Assembly (NCBI GenBank): GCA_047974625.1
Contig: JBKECK010000068.1
Span: forward strand, 68,714-132,713
Length of the DNA stretch: 64,000 bases
Direction: 5' to 3'
Source of the DNA: Acidimicrobiales bacterium
GTDB taxonomy: Bacteria > Actinomycetota > Acidimicrobiia > Acidimicrobiales > SZUA-35
Both the position numbers and the translations under genes were made by a program. This document shows, in pieces, positions 43,217-52,384 of the stretch (positions are counted from its first letter, which is position 1; the number at the start of each line of letters is the position of its first letter). The notes under the pieces are model-generated. The model was not told the DNA's origin. It saw nothing but the letters and a program-made list of their open reading frames with translations, and ran no database searches.

Positions 43217-44971
43217 ATGACGCTTCAGCCCGGCCGACGGGTGGCATCGACCCCGGCGACCGGGCAGAATCGGGCGTTCATGTCCCGCCCTCCGGCTCCT
43301 GCCCCATCGGCCCCCGCGCCGACCCGAACGGTCCGGCTCCGCCCCTGGCAACGCCGGGCCCTCGACGCCCTGCTGGCCAGTGACGAACCCGACTTCTTGG
43401 CTGTAGCCACCCCCGGTGCCGGGAAGACCACCTTCGCCCTCACCGCGGCCCGGCTGCTGCTGCCCCAACTCGGCGGCCGCCTCGTGGTGGTGGCCCCGAC
43501 CCGCCACCTGAAGCAGCAGTGGGCGGACGCCGCGGAACGGTTCGGGCTCCACCTCGACACCGAGTGGGCGCCAGGCCAACGGCTACCCGCCGACCTGGCC
43601 GGGGTGGTCACCACCTACCAGCAGGTGGCGGCGTCCGCCACCGACGTCCAGACCCTGGCCCGGGGCGGGATGGCCGTACTCGACGAGGTCCACCACGCCG
43701 GCGACGATCTGGCCTGGGGCGACGGGGTCAGCATTGGCCTCGGATCCGCGGCCCGTCGCCTGGCCCTGTCGGGCCCCCCGTTCCGGAGCGACACCGCGGC
43801 CATACCCTTCCTCCGCTACGTGGGCGGTCAGGTCCGGCCCGACGTCGAGTACGGCTACGGCGACGCCCTCGGCGAGGGTGGGGTCGTCCGGCCCGTCTAC
43901 TTCCCCCGCTTCGGCGGTCACATGGAGTGGACGTCGGCCGACGGGTCCGAGCTGTCGGCCAGCTTCGACGACACCCTCAACCGGTCGCTGGCCAACCAGC
44001 GGCTCCGGGCCGCGCTCAGCCTCGACGGCGAATGGCTCCCCGCCGTGCTCGGCCAGGCCAACCGGCAGCTCAACGAGATCCGGACCCGCCGACCCGACGC
44101 CGGCGGCCTGGTGATCTCCAGCGACCAGGACCACGCCCGGGGGATCGCCCGGATGCTCCGGGACCGGTTCGGGGTCCGCCGGCCCACCGTGGCCGTCAGC
44201 GAGGATGCCGACGCCTCGGCCAAGATCGCCCGGTTCGCCGCCGGCCACGACCCCTGGATCGTGGCCGTACGCATGGTGTCCGAGGGGGTCGACATCCCCC
44301 GCCTCCGGATCGGGGTGCACGCCACCACCACCACGACCGAGCTGTTCTTCCGCCAAGCGGTGGGGCGCATCGTGCGCCACACCGGCGACCGGGACCGCGC
44401 CTACCTGTTCGTGCCCGACGACCCCCGGCTCCGCCACCACGCCGACCGGATCGCCGAGAGTCGCCGCCACCACCTCCACAAGGACTCCACCCACGACGAC
44501 CGGACCGATGACGACCGGGACACCACGGAGCGGCCCGAACGGGACGGCGACCAGCTCTCCCTGTTCACCGTGCACTCTGCTACCGCCACCGACACCGACA
44601 CCAACGCCGACATCTTCGCCCGGTTCGACGAACCCGAGCTGCCCCTCGGCCACCCGGCATCCGACGACCTCCGCGATCTCGAGATCGACCTCACCAGCCT
44701 GCCTCCGGTGACCCGGGTGGAGGCCGGGGGACGCCGCGGCGGCGGCCGGGCCGATCGGGAACGGCAGAGGCGGCTCAACACCACCCTGGTGCGTGACCTG
44801 GCCGGCCTGACCGGTCTCGATCACGCCAAGATCAACGCCGAACTGAACCGCCGGTCCGGGGTGAGCCGGGTGGCCGAGGCCACCGTCGCCCAGCTGGAGA
44901 AGCGGGCCAGAACGGCCAGCGACTGGATCGCCGCCGAGCAGCGACGACGGTCCGTCCGCCGGTCCGGCTGA
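43217..44971 (+). CDS. Superfamily 2 DEAD/DEAH-box helicase (ResIII-like N-domain)
   Basis: LRPWQRRAL, motif I ATPGAGKTT, motif II VLDEVHHAG, and motif VI-like QAVGRIVR. Acidic, repeat-poor C-terminal tail. Confidence 0.75.
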   Translation: MTLQPGRRVASTPATGQNRAFMSRPPAPAPSAPAPTRTVRLRPWQRRALDALLASDEPDFLAVATPGAGKTTFALTAARLLLPQLGGRLVVVAPTRHLKQQWADAAERFGLHLDTEWAPGQRLPADLAGVVTTYQQVAASATDVQTLARGGMAVLDEVHHAGDDLAWGDGVSIGLGSAARRLALSGPPFRSDTAAIPFLRYVGGQVRPDVEYGYGDALGEGGVVRPVYFPRFGGHMEWTSADGSELSASFDDTLNRSLANQRLRAALSLDGEWLPAVLGQANRQLNEIRTRRPDAGGLVISSDQDHARGIARMLRDRFGVRRPTVAVSEDADASAKIARFAAGHDPWIVAVRMVSEGVDIPRLRIGVHATTTTTELFFRQAVGRIVRHTGDRDRAYLFVPDDPRLRHHADRIAESRRHHLHKDSTHDDRTDDDRDTTERPERDGDQLSLFTVHSATATDTDTNADIFARFDEPELPLGHPASDDLRDLEIDLTSLPPVTRVEAGGRRGGGRADRERQRRLNTTLVRDLAGLTGLDHAKINAELNRRSGVSRVAEATVAQLEKRARTASDWIAAEQRRRSVRRSG

Positions 44972-45019
44972 GCGCCGCCCCGAAGCTCCAGGTCGGATCC
45001 GGGTCGAGATGACCTCGGT

Positions 45020-45376
45020 TCAGATGATCTGGAGCCCTTCCAGCATGCGTTCCAGAAGGTCGAGGTCCGGCCGCTCCTCGGGGGTGGTGCCCACACTCAG
45101 GGCCCCCACCTCGACCAGGTCGCCGATCAGCACCCGGGCCACCTGGAGCGGGACCCCGAGCCGGGCGGCCACCTCGGCCACCGGCAACGGTTCGGTCCAG
45201 CACATCTCGACGATGGCCGACGAATCGTCGCCCATGGCCCGGATTGCAGGACGAGCCGACGATCCGGTCGCCTGGACCTGGGCATCCATAGCCACCTCGA
45301 CCGTGGACCGGGTTCGACCCCCGGTCAGCACATAGGGCCGGACCCGGACGGGGCGGACGTGCCGACCGGCCGTCAT
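45020..45376 (-). CDS. DUF742 protein (conservon CvnC-like)
   Basis: VRPYVLTGGRT...EPLPVAEVAARLGVPLQVARVLIGDLVEVGAL. ATGA overlap with the Roadblock gene. Confidence 0.75.
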   Translation of the reverse strand: MTAGRHVRPVRVRPYVLTGGRTRSTVEVAMDAQVQATGSSARPAIRAMGDDSSAIVEMCWTEPLPVAEVAARLGVPLQVARVLIGDLVEVGALSVGTTPEERPDLDLLERMLEGLQII

Positions 45377-45795
45377 CGGGGCAGCGCCGACTGGAGTTCG
45401 GCCCTGAGCTCGGGGGTCAGCCGGGGACCCGCCCACTCCACCAGGACCGCCATCTCGTAGGCCACGGAGCCGACGTCACAGCCCGCCTCGGCCATCACCG
45501 CCAGTAGGGAACCGTCGCTGATACCGGTGACGAACAGGAAGGCGCGCTCCATCTCCACCACCACCTCGGTGACCGCACCGCCATCGAACCGGTCGGCGGC
45601 CCCGAAGGCTAGGCCGATGAGACCGGACGAGACGGCGGCGAACCGGTCGACCCCGTCCCGGTCGAGGCCCGGGGAGGCGGCGAACGGCAACCCGTCCGAT
45701 GACACTGCCACCGCGTCGGTGACCCCGGCTACCCGTTCGACGAACGACGTGACCAGCTGGTTCACGTCCTCGGCCTGACTACTGAGCATGCTCAT
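45373..45795 (-). CDS. Roadblock/LC7 domain protein (CvnB-like)
   Basis: VNQLVTSFVERVAGVTDAVAVSSDGLPFA...VSSGLIGLAFG. Confidence 0.8.
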   Translation of the reverse strand: MSMLSSQAEDVNQLVTSFVERVAGVTDAVAVSSDGLPFAASPGLDRDGVDRFAAVSSGLIGLAFGAADRFDGGAVTEVVVEMERAFLFVTGISDGSLLAVMAEAGCDVGSVAYEMAVLVEWAGPRLTPELRAELQSALPR

Positions 45796-47753
45796 GATGC
45801 TGCTCCTGGATCGGAAGGGTGGGGAGACGACGGGTTGGACGGATGGGGCATGGTCCGGTGCCGGCCCCGGCGGTAGCGGCCGTACATGGCCCGCTTCTCC
45901 TCCGGGCTGCGACGGCTGGCGGCGACGGTCCGATGCTCTCCGGGCGCCGACGGCACCGGCGCCGAGGACCGGGTCCTCCGCACCAACCCACTGGCCGTCC
46001 GGCCGTGAGCCTCGGGCGTGGTGGCCCCCGCCGGATCCTCCGCCGGGGCCAGCAATGAGGCGACGCCGGCGTCGAACCGGTCCCCGGTGGGCAGGGCGTC
46101 GGCCAAGCGAGCCGGCGGACCGGCGGCCGCAGCGGCCCGGCTGGGGAGGGGGGCGACGGGCCCGTCGCCGCGGAGGCGGGCCACCGGATCGCGGATCGGT
46201 TCGGGTGCCGGTTCGACCGGCGGGGCCACCGGGTGGTCGTGATTCCCCTGGTGGTCAGGGAGGTCCTGGTGGCCGGGGCGGTCGCGGCCGTCCGCCAGCA
46301 CCCCCGGGGCGGGCACCTGGCCCGGGGTCGGTGACGGAGCCCCGTCCGACGACCGCTGTTCCGCGGCGGGCGGGACCGGGAACCGGGGCGAGGTCGGCGG
46401 GGGCGGTGACAGCTTACCGGGGGTGGCCGCCGCCATGTCGGCCGGGCTGAGCAGTTCGGAGGCCGGGATCAGGACCAGGGCCGTGATGCCCGATCCGGTG
46501 GGCGACGCCAGTTCCACCCCGATGCCGTGGCGTCGGGCCAACAGGCCGACGACGGCCAGGCCGATCGACTGCTCGCTGGCCCCGTCGGCCAGGGCCGGGT
46601 CGGCCAGGCCCCGATTTACTTGCTCGATCTGGGCCGGGCTCAGGCCGCGGCCGTGGTCGACCACGGCCAGCAGGTAGCAGCCGTCGGGTTGGGGGATGCC
46701 CTTGATGTCCACCGCGGCCCCCTCCGGCGAGGCGGCGCAGGCGTTGTCGATCAGTTCGGCGACCAGGCGGGCGAGGTCCTGCGACGTCGACGCGGCCAGG
46801 GTCGTGTCGGCCACCCGGTGGGCGACCACGGCCCGGTAGTCCTCCACCTGGCCCACGGCGGCCCGCAGGGTGTCGATCATCCGCACCGGCTCGCCCCCGT
46901 CACCCGCCACCCCGCCGGCCGTCGAACCCTCGGGGACACCGGCCACGATGAGCAGGTTCTCGGCGTGGCGCCGGATACGGGTGGCCAGATGGTCGACGCT
47001 GAAGAGCAGTTCCAGCCGGGCCGGGTCCTGCTCGCCCGCCTCGAGCTGGTCGAGCAGGACGAGCTGCTGGTCCACCAGCTCCAGGCTGTGGTGGAGGACG
47101 GCCGCGGTGAGATCGTCGACCGACCCCCGCCCGGCCGGCGCCGCCCCTTCCGACCCAGGTCCGTCCACCTCACACCCGTCGAACCCAGGGCCGTCGGCCC
47201 CGGCGCCGTCCAACCCCGGACCGTCCAACGCAGGCCCCCCGAACGCAGGACCGTCCAGCGCAGGACCGTCCAGCGCAGGACCGTCCAGCGCAGGACCGTC
47301 GACCGCAGACCCGTCAGGGCTCGGATGGCCGGTGCCCGGGCCCGAGTTCGAGCCGGGGGACGCGGTGAAATCGGGGGCGTGGTCAGGATCGGCGACCGGC
47401 CCGGTCGCACCCTCGTCGGTCCGGTCGTGGACCGGTCCGGCGGCCCGTAGCTGCTTGGTGGCCGTCATGACGCCGCCGGCGGTCGCTCCCGTGTCCGCGT
47501 CCACCCCCTGGGCGTCACCGTCGCGGGACCAGATCCACCGGCCGAGGGAGACCAGGAGGCCGGCGGCGACGATGCCCCCGGCCGCGGCCTGGACCGCGAC
47601 ATCACCGAGAGCACCGGATTCGCCGAACACGGCCACTAGGGCCAGGCCGGCGACGGCTAGGACGACGGCGATCACCGCCGGGGCCGCGATGCGAGCTGAA
47701 TGTTGGCGGATCACAAGACCTCCCGCAACCACACGATTCGATCGTGGCTCCAT
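45792..47753 (-). CDS. Membrane sensor histidine-kinase-like protein (CvnA-like) with a long Pro-rich tail
   Basis: N-terminal TMs and an HATPase_c region (LARLVAELIDNACAAS...VVDHGRGLSPAQI...GLAVVGLLARRHG). An internal 15-nt repeat (about 47248-47300) encodes GPALD x3. Confidence 0.75.
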   Translation of the reverse strand: MEPRSNRVVAGGLVIRQHSARIAAPAVIAVVLAVAGLALVAVFGESGALGDVAVQAAAGGIVAAGLLVSLGRWIWSRDGDAQGVDADTGATAGGVMTATKQLRAAGPVHDRTDEGATGPVADPDHAPDFTASPGSNSGPGTGHPSPDGSAVDGPALDGPALDGPALDGPAFGGPALDGPGLDGAGADGPGFDGCEVDGPGSEGAAPAGRGSVDDLTAAVLHHSLELVDQQLVLLDQLEAGEQDPARLELLFSVDHLATRIRRHAENLLIVAGVPEGSTAGGVAGDGGEPVRMIDTLRAAVGQVEDYRAVVAHRVADTTLAASTSQDLARLVAELIDNACAASPEGAAVDIKGIPQPDGCYLLAVVDHGRGLSPAQIEQVNRGLADPALADGASEQSIGLAVVGLLARRHGIGVELASPTGSGITALVLIPASELLSPADMAAATPGKLSPPPPTSPRFPVPPAAEQRSSDGAPSPTPGQVPAPGVLADGRDRPGHQDLPDHQGNHDHPVAPPVEPAPEPIRDPVARLRGDGPVAPLPSRAAAAAGPPARLADALPTGDRFDAGVASLLAPAEDPAGATTPEAHGRTASGLVRRTRSSAPVPSAPGEHRTVAASRRSPEEKRAMYGRYRRGRHRTMPHPSNPSSPHPSDPGAAS

Positions 47754-47858
47754 CGGTGCCAGCGGCCCCGGGTTGAGGGGTCGGGCGTCAGGAGGGGTGC
47801 GGTGAGGTCATCGGCCGGACATGGACCGGACGGGCCGATTCCGCCTGGTGGGGGCGGG

Positions 47859-48149
47859 TCAGCCCTCGTAGGCCAGCATGCCGCCTTCGAGGTTGACCAC
47901 GTCGCCGAATCCGGCCGCGGTCAGGAAGTTGGCCGCCTGGGTGCTGCGGCCTCCGCTGCGGCACAGCAGGACGACCCGCCGGCCCGGATCAAGCTCACCG
48001 ACCCGGTCGGGCAGCTCGCCGAGCGGGATGTTCACCGCTCCGGGCAGGGTCCCCTCGGCCACCTCATCGGGTTGCCGGACATCGATCAGCTGACCGTCGA
48101 CACCCAGCGCGGTGGCAAAATCGTTGACGGGATGATCGGTGTGGGGCAT
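47859..48149 (-). CDS. Single-domain rhodanese (GlpE-like sulfurtransferase)
   Basis: 96 aa; LIDVRQPDEVAEG.LPGAVNIPL; active-site loop LCRSGGRS. Confidence 0.8.
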   Translation of the reverse strand: MPHTDHPVNDFATALGVDGQLIDVRQPDEVAEGTLPGAVNIPLGELPDRVGELDPGRRVVLLCRSGGRSTQAANFLTAAGFGDVVNLEGGMLAYEG

Positions 48150-48287
48150 CAGGCTCCGGCCTTTCGCGTCGAGTCGCGGGTCTGCTCATCACGAACCCTA
48201 GTCTTCCGGCCCGGCCACCCGTCGACCCCCGGTCACCGTTGCCCGGTGAGCTTGGTCGTCGCTCGGCCCATCTGCTAGCGAAAGGCC

Positions 48288-49052
48288 ATGGAGTTCTGCA
48301 CCGTCGAGAAGGCGGACCACATCACCACCGTCACCCTCAACCGTCCGGACCGGCTCAACGCCCTCCATCCGCCGGCTAACGCCGAGCTCGCCGGGGTGTT
48401 CGACGACTTCGCCGCCGACGACGACGCATGGGTGGCCATCATCACCGGCTCGGGCCGGGGCTTCTGCGCCGGCAACGACCTTCGCTACCAGGCCGAGGGC
48501 GGGGAGATGTTCCGAGTCCCCCAGGGTTTCGCCGGCCTCACCTCACGGTTCGATCTCACCAAACCGGTGATCGCCGCCGTGAACGGGGTGGCCATGGGCG
48601 GGGGGTTCGAGATCGCCCTTGCCTGCGACCTGATCATCGCCTCCGATCAGGCCACCTTCGCCCTGCCCGAACCCAAGGTGGGCCTGGCTGCACTGGCCGG
48701 GGGCCTCAACCGGCTCCCCCGGCTGATCGGGTCCAAACGAGCCCTCGGCATGATCCTCACCGGTCGGCACGTCCCGGCGGCTGAGGGTGAGCACCTCGGC
48801 TTCGTCAACGAGGTCGTCCCCCACGACGACCTGCTCGCCGCGGCCCGCCGGTGGGCGGAGCAGATCTGCGCCTGCGCCCCCCTATCGGTGCGGGCCAGCA
48901 AGGAGGTCGTCTACCGGAGCCTGGACATGGGTTTGGAGGAGTCGATGCGCACCAAGTACGACGGGGTCTTGGCCATGACCACCAGTGAGGACTTCGTGGA
49001 GGGACCCAAGGCGTTCGCCGAGAAGCGAGCCCCCCAGTGGAAGGGGCGCTGA
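48288..49052 (+). CDS. Enoyl-CoA hydratase/isomerase (crotonase) family protein
   Basis: VTLNRPDRLNAL...ITGSGRGFCAGNDL...AAVNGVAMGGGFEIALACDL. Confidence 0.85.
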   Translation: MEFCTVEKADHITTVTLNRPDRLNALHPPANAELAGVFDDFAADDDAWVAIITGSGRGFCAGNDLRYQAEGGEMFRVPQGFAGLTSRFDLTKPVIAAVNGVAMGGGFEIALACDLIIASDQATFALPEPKVGLAALAGGLNRLPRLIGSKRALGMILTGRHVPAAEGEHLGFVNEVVPHDDLLAAARRWAEQICACAPLSVRASKEVVYRSLDMGLEESMRTKYDGVLAMTTSEDFVEGPKAFAEKRAPQWKGR

Positions 49053-49088
49053 GGAGGCTCCGCCGGCCCGAAGCGCCGGACGGGTCGG

Positions 49089-49931
49089 TCAGCGGGGCCA
49101 GGCCAACGGGAAGTACGGGTGGTCGAACTCGGCCCCTTCGGGCAGGTCCCGGCTGAGGCCGGGGAACTCGGGCGAGGTCGGCCACGGCCGGGGGGCGTGG
49201 CGGGCCTCGGCACTGAGGAACCGGAGCGACAGGACCCGTCGACGGTAGGAGAACGGAAACCCGGGGGCCGAGTGCACGGTGGCGAAATCGAAGAAGACGA
49301 CATCGCCGGGATCCAGGGCCCACCGGCGAATGTCGTAGCTCGACCGGTCGGCGTCGATGTCGGGGACCTCGGCCAGCGTCCCCTCGGGGAACCACTTGGC
49401 CTGCTGGTCGAGAAAGCTCCGGGGCAGCCGCCACGGCCCCAGATGCGACCCGGCCCAGAACTCGGGGGAACCCTCCTTGGGGATCGGATCCACCGGGATC
49501 CAGGCGCTGATACCCCGACCCTCCACGTTGTAGTACGGGGCGTCCTGGTGCCAGGGGGTGGGCTGGATGGTCTCCGCCTCCTTGACCAGGATGTGATCGT
49601 GGTAGAACCGGGCCGTCGGCGAGTCCATCAGTTCGGCTGCCACGCGAGGTACCGCCGACCGCAGGGCGACCTTGCCCAGCTCATCGATTTCGCCCCACCG
49701 GGAGAAATCCTCGAAGAAGAGCCCCGGATCATCATCGGCGCTGACCACGCGGGCGGCCGAACTAGGGTTGGCCAGAACCTTGTTGAGTCCCGCCGAGATC
49801 ATCTCTAACTCGTTGGCCGCCACCAGGCCGCGCACCACCACCACCCCATCCTGGGCGAAGGCGATCACGGCGTCATCGGCGACCATGGCGTCCGTTCTAG
49901 CGGTGCTCGGCCACGGTTGTTCGGTCAGCAA
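49089..49931 (-). CDS. Phytanoyl-CoA dioxygenase (PhyH) family Fe(II)/2-oxoglutarate oxygenase
   Basis: FAQDGVVVVRGL...; TPWHQDAPYY (HxD motif); ISAWIPVD; ...FFDFATVHSAPG (distal His). Confidence 0.6.
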   Translation of the reverse strand: MLTEQPWPSTARTDAMVADDAVIAFAQDGVVVVRGLVAANELEMISAGLNKVLANPSSAARVVSADDDPGLFFEDFSRWGEIDELGKVALRSAVPRVAAELMDSPTARFYHDHILVKEAETIQPTPWHQDAPYYNVEGRGISAWIPVDPIPKEGSPEFWAGSHLGPWRLPRSFLDQQAKWFPEGTLAEVPDIDADRSSYDIRRWALDPGDVVFFDFATVHSAPGFPFSYRRRVLSLRFLSAEARHAPRPWPTSPEFPGLSRDLPEGAEFDHPYFPLAWPR

Positions 49932-50125
49932 GCGGACTCATAAACTTGCAACACTCCCTCTCCCGATCCCCCGACCACTCCCCCCAGTGGAGCAAATCCG
50001 GGCCTCATCGGGCAACCGCACCCCACCGTTCGGGTCCCGCGGAGCAGGAGATCGGGGATGACCGGGGACGACACCGGGGACGACAGGGTGGGGGCCGAGA
50101 CCGTGGCTGCGAGACTCGATTGACG

Positions 50126-51157
50126 GTGGACCGACTCACACTGGCCGAGCTCGACCTCATCTCCGGGACCGTCGAATCGGCCGTCGACCGCACCGCGGAG
50201 ATAGACCGCTGGTGTTCGGGTCCGGACTGGGTGCTGCCGGTCCGTTCCGGGTTCGATCCGCACAGCGAGCCGTTGGTGTGGCAGGTCGAGACCGGCGACG
50301 GGCCCGGGTTCGGGTTGTGCCGCCGGTTCGAGCTGGACGACGGCCGGTGGGTGGTCGCCGGGCTCGAACCGATGTGGGGCTTCGCCGCCCCCCTGGTGGG
50401 GATGGACGTGACCTCGGTGGCCGCGTCGCTCCCCGAGATCCTCGCCGACTCCCCCTGGGACGTGGTGGTGTTGCCTGGCTTGCCCGAACCCGTGCACCAG
50501 GCCTCCTACCTGCCCCGGGTGGTGGGTGGGGTGGCCCCGCTGGGCCAGGTGGGCGTGACCGAGGGCATGACCCGGCGGGTGGCCGACGTGAGCGACGGCT
50601 TCGACCCGTGGCTCCGACGACGGTCCGCCCGATTCGCCCGCAACCTCCGGCGGATCGAACGGCGGGCCGCCGGGGCGGGCCTGACGATCGAGGACATCGC
50701 GGCCGACGCCGACGGGCCCGACGGGGCCGAGCGGGTGTTCGAGCGGATCCTCGCCGTCGAACGGCGTTCGTGGAAGGGGGTCGACGACCAGGGTCTCACC
50801 GGTGCCGGCATGGAGCCCACCTACCGGGCGATGATGGTGCGCCTGGCCGTGGAAGGACGCCTCCGGGTGGCGGTGGCCCGACACGGGGGTGACGACGTCG
50901 GCTACATCATCGGCGGGGTACGCAGCCGCGTCTATCGGGGCCTGCAACTCGGCTACGTCGAACCGGCCCGGCCATGGTCGGTCGGCCACCTGCTCCAGCT
51001 CCACCAGCTCCGGGTGGCCGGCGCCGACCCGACCATCGACGACTACGACCTCGGGATGGACATCGCCTACAAGGAACCGTGGTCGGACCGGACCCCCCGC
51101 TCGTACCGGCTGGTCATCGAGCGTCGTTCGAAACGGGCCCGGCCCGGGATCCACTAG
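50126..51157 (+). CDS. GNAT-type acetyltransferase (Acetyltransf_6/CelD-like)
   Basis: FARNLRRIERRA...ERILAVERRSWKG...GYIIGGVRSRVYRGLQLGY...IDDYDLGMDIAYKEPW. The start is uncertain (TTG 50120 or GTG 50126); the first 60 codons of the track ORF look non-coding. Confidence 0.5.
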   Translation: MDRLTLAELDLISGTVESAVDRTAEIDRWCSGPDWVLPVRSGFDPHSEPLVWQVETGDGPGFGLCRRFELDDGRWVVAGLEPMWGFAAPLVGMDVTSVAASLPEILADSPWDVVVLPGLPEPVHQASYLPRVVGGVAPLGQVGVTEGMTRRVADVSDGFDPWLRRRSARFARNLRRIERRAAGAGLTIEDIAADADGPDGAERVFERILAVERRSWKGVDDQGLTGAGMEPTYRAMMVRLAVEGRLRVAVARHGGDDVGYIIGGVRSRVYRGLQLGYVEPARPWSVGHLLQLHQLRVAGADPTIDDYDLGMDIAYKEPWSDRTPRSYRLVIERRSKRARPGIH

Positions 51158-51168
51158 CGTTGGGCCCC

Positions 51169-52044
51169 ATGATCGACATCGGACGAGTGGGAATCTGGCA
51201 AGGGGTCTTTGACGCTCACCCCGCAGGAGAGGTACGGGAGGCGGTGGCCGAGCTCGACGAGCGCGGCTGGCCCACCCTGTGGGTACCCGAAACGGTCTCG
51301 CGCGACCCGTTCGTCGCCGCCGCCATGATCCTGGAGGCCACCGGGCGGCTGAAGGTGGCCACCGGTATCGCCTCGATCTGGGCCCGGGACGCCATGACTA
51401 CCGCCAACGCCTCGCTCACCCTCAACGAGGCCTACGACGGGCGGTTCCTGCTCGGTCTCGGGGTCAGCCATCACACCCTCACCGAGTGGGTCCGCAAGCA
51501 CGACTACTCCAAACCGTTGTCCACCATGCGGGAGTATCTGGAGCGGATGGAACGGTCGATGTTCAAGGGTGTCATGCCGGCCGAGCCCCCCTCCACCGTC
51601 CTGGCCGCCCTCGGCCCGAAGATGCTTGCCCTTTCCGCTGAGAAGGCCGACGGCGCCCACCCCTATTTCGTTCCCGTCGACCACACCCCGATCGCCCGGG
51701 AGGCGATCGGCCCCGACAAGCTGCTTGCCGTGGAACAGATGGTGGTGCTCGATGACAACCCCGAGACGGCGCGGGAAACGGCCAGGGGCCATATGGCCGT
51801 GTACCTCCAGCTCCCGAACTACGCCAACAACCTCAAACGGTTCGGCTTCACCGATACCGACATCGCGGACGCCTCCGACCGCCTAGTCGACGCCATCGTG
51901 GCCTGGGGAGACGTCGACGCCATCGTCGAACGGGTGGCCGCCCACCACGACGCCGGCGCCGACCATGTCTGCGTCCAGGTCCTTCGACCGGATCGGGCCA
52001 TCCCCCGCGACGAGTGGGGCCGTCTAGCGGACGCCCTGCTGTGA
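51169..52044 (+). CDS. LLM-class F420-dependent oxidoreductase
   Basis: From ATG 51169: MIDIGRVGIWQGVF...ELDERGWPTLWVPE...ATGIASIWARD...FLLGLGVSH. Confidence 0.7.
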   Translation: MIDIGRVGIWQGVFDAHPAGEVREAVAELDERGWPTLWVPETVSRDPFVAAAMILEATGRLKVATGIASIWARDAMTTANASLTLNEAYDGRFLLGLGVSHHTLTEWVRKHDYSKPLSTMREYLERMERSMFKGVMPAEPPSTVLAALGPKMLALSAEKADGAHPYFVPVDHTPIAREAIGPDKLLAVEQMVVLDDNPETARETARGHMAVYLQLPNYANNLKRFGFTDTDIADASDRLVDAIVAWGDVDAIVERVAAHHDAGADHVCVQVLRPDRAIPRDEWGRLADALL

Positions 52045-52108
52045 ACGCCCGTGCCGTGACACCCCCCACCACGGCCGGGTCCGGGGCCACCACTCCGGGG
52101 GCCCGGAC

Positions 52109-52384
52109 GTGATCGGGCCGTTGGCTGTGCTCGGGCCGTTGGCTGTGACCGGGCCGTTGGCTGTGACCGGACCGTTGGCTGTGGTCGGGGTGGGTTTGAT
52201 GGCCACCGGCGTGCTGGCGATGATCGTCTTGGTGCTCGCCGTCGCCCTCGGCTTGGCCGTGGTCATGGTCGACCGCGTCAACTTCCCCCAGCGGCAGTTC
52301 CGGCCCCGCCGGATCGAGGTGGCCGAGGGTGACGAGCGGGACCGCACCGGCGCCCACATCGTCGAGGAACACGCCGAACCGTGA
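52109..52384 (+). CDS. Small membrane protein with an N-terminal (GPLAVx)x4 repeat, translationally coupled to the YihY gene
   Basis: GTG 52109. One clear TM (VVGVGLMATGVLAMIVLVLAVALGLAVVMV). Its TGA overlaps GTG 52381 of the next gene (GTGA). Confidence 0.4.
   Translation: MIGPLAVLGPLAVTGPLAVTGPLAVVGVGLMATGVLAMIVLVLAVALGLAVVMVDRVNFPQRQFRPRRIEVAEGDERDRTGAHIVEEHAEP
52115..52186. repeat. 18-nt in-frame tandem repeat x4 (gggccgttggctgtgNNN)
   Basis: Units at 52115, 52133, 52151 and 52169. Units 2 and 3 are identical. Confidence 0.9.
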
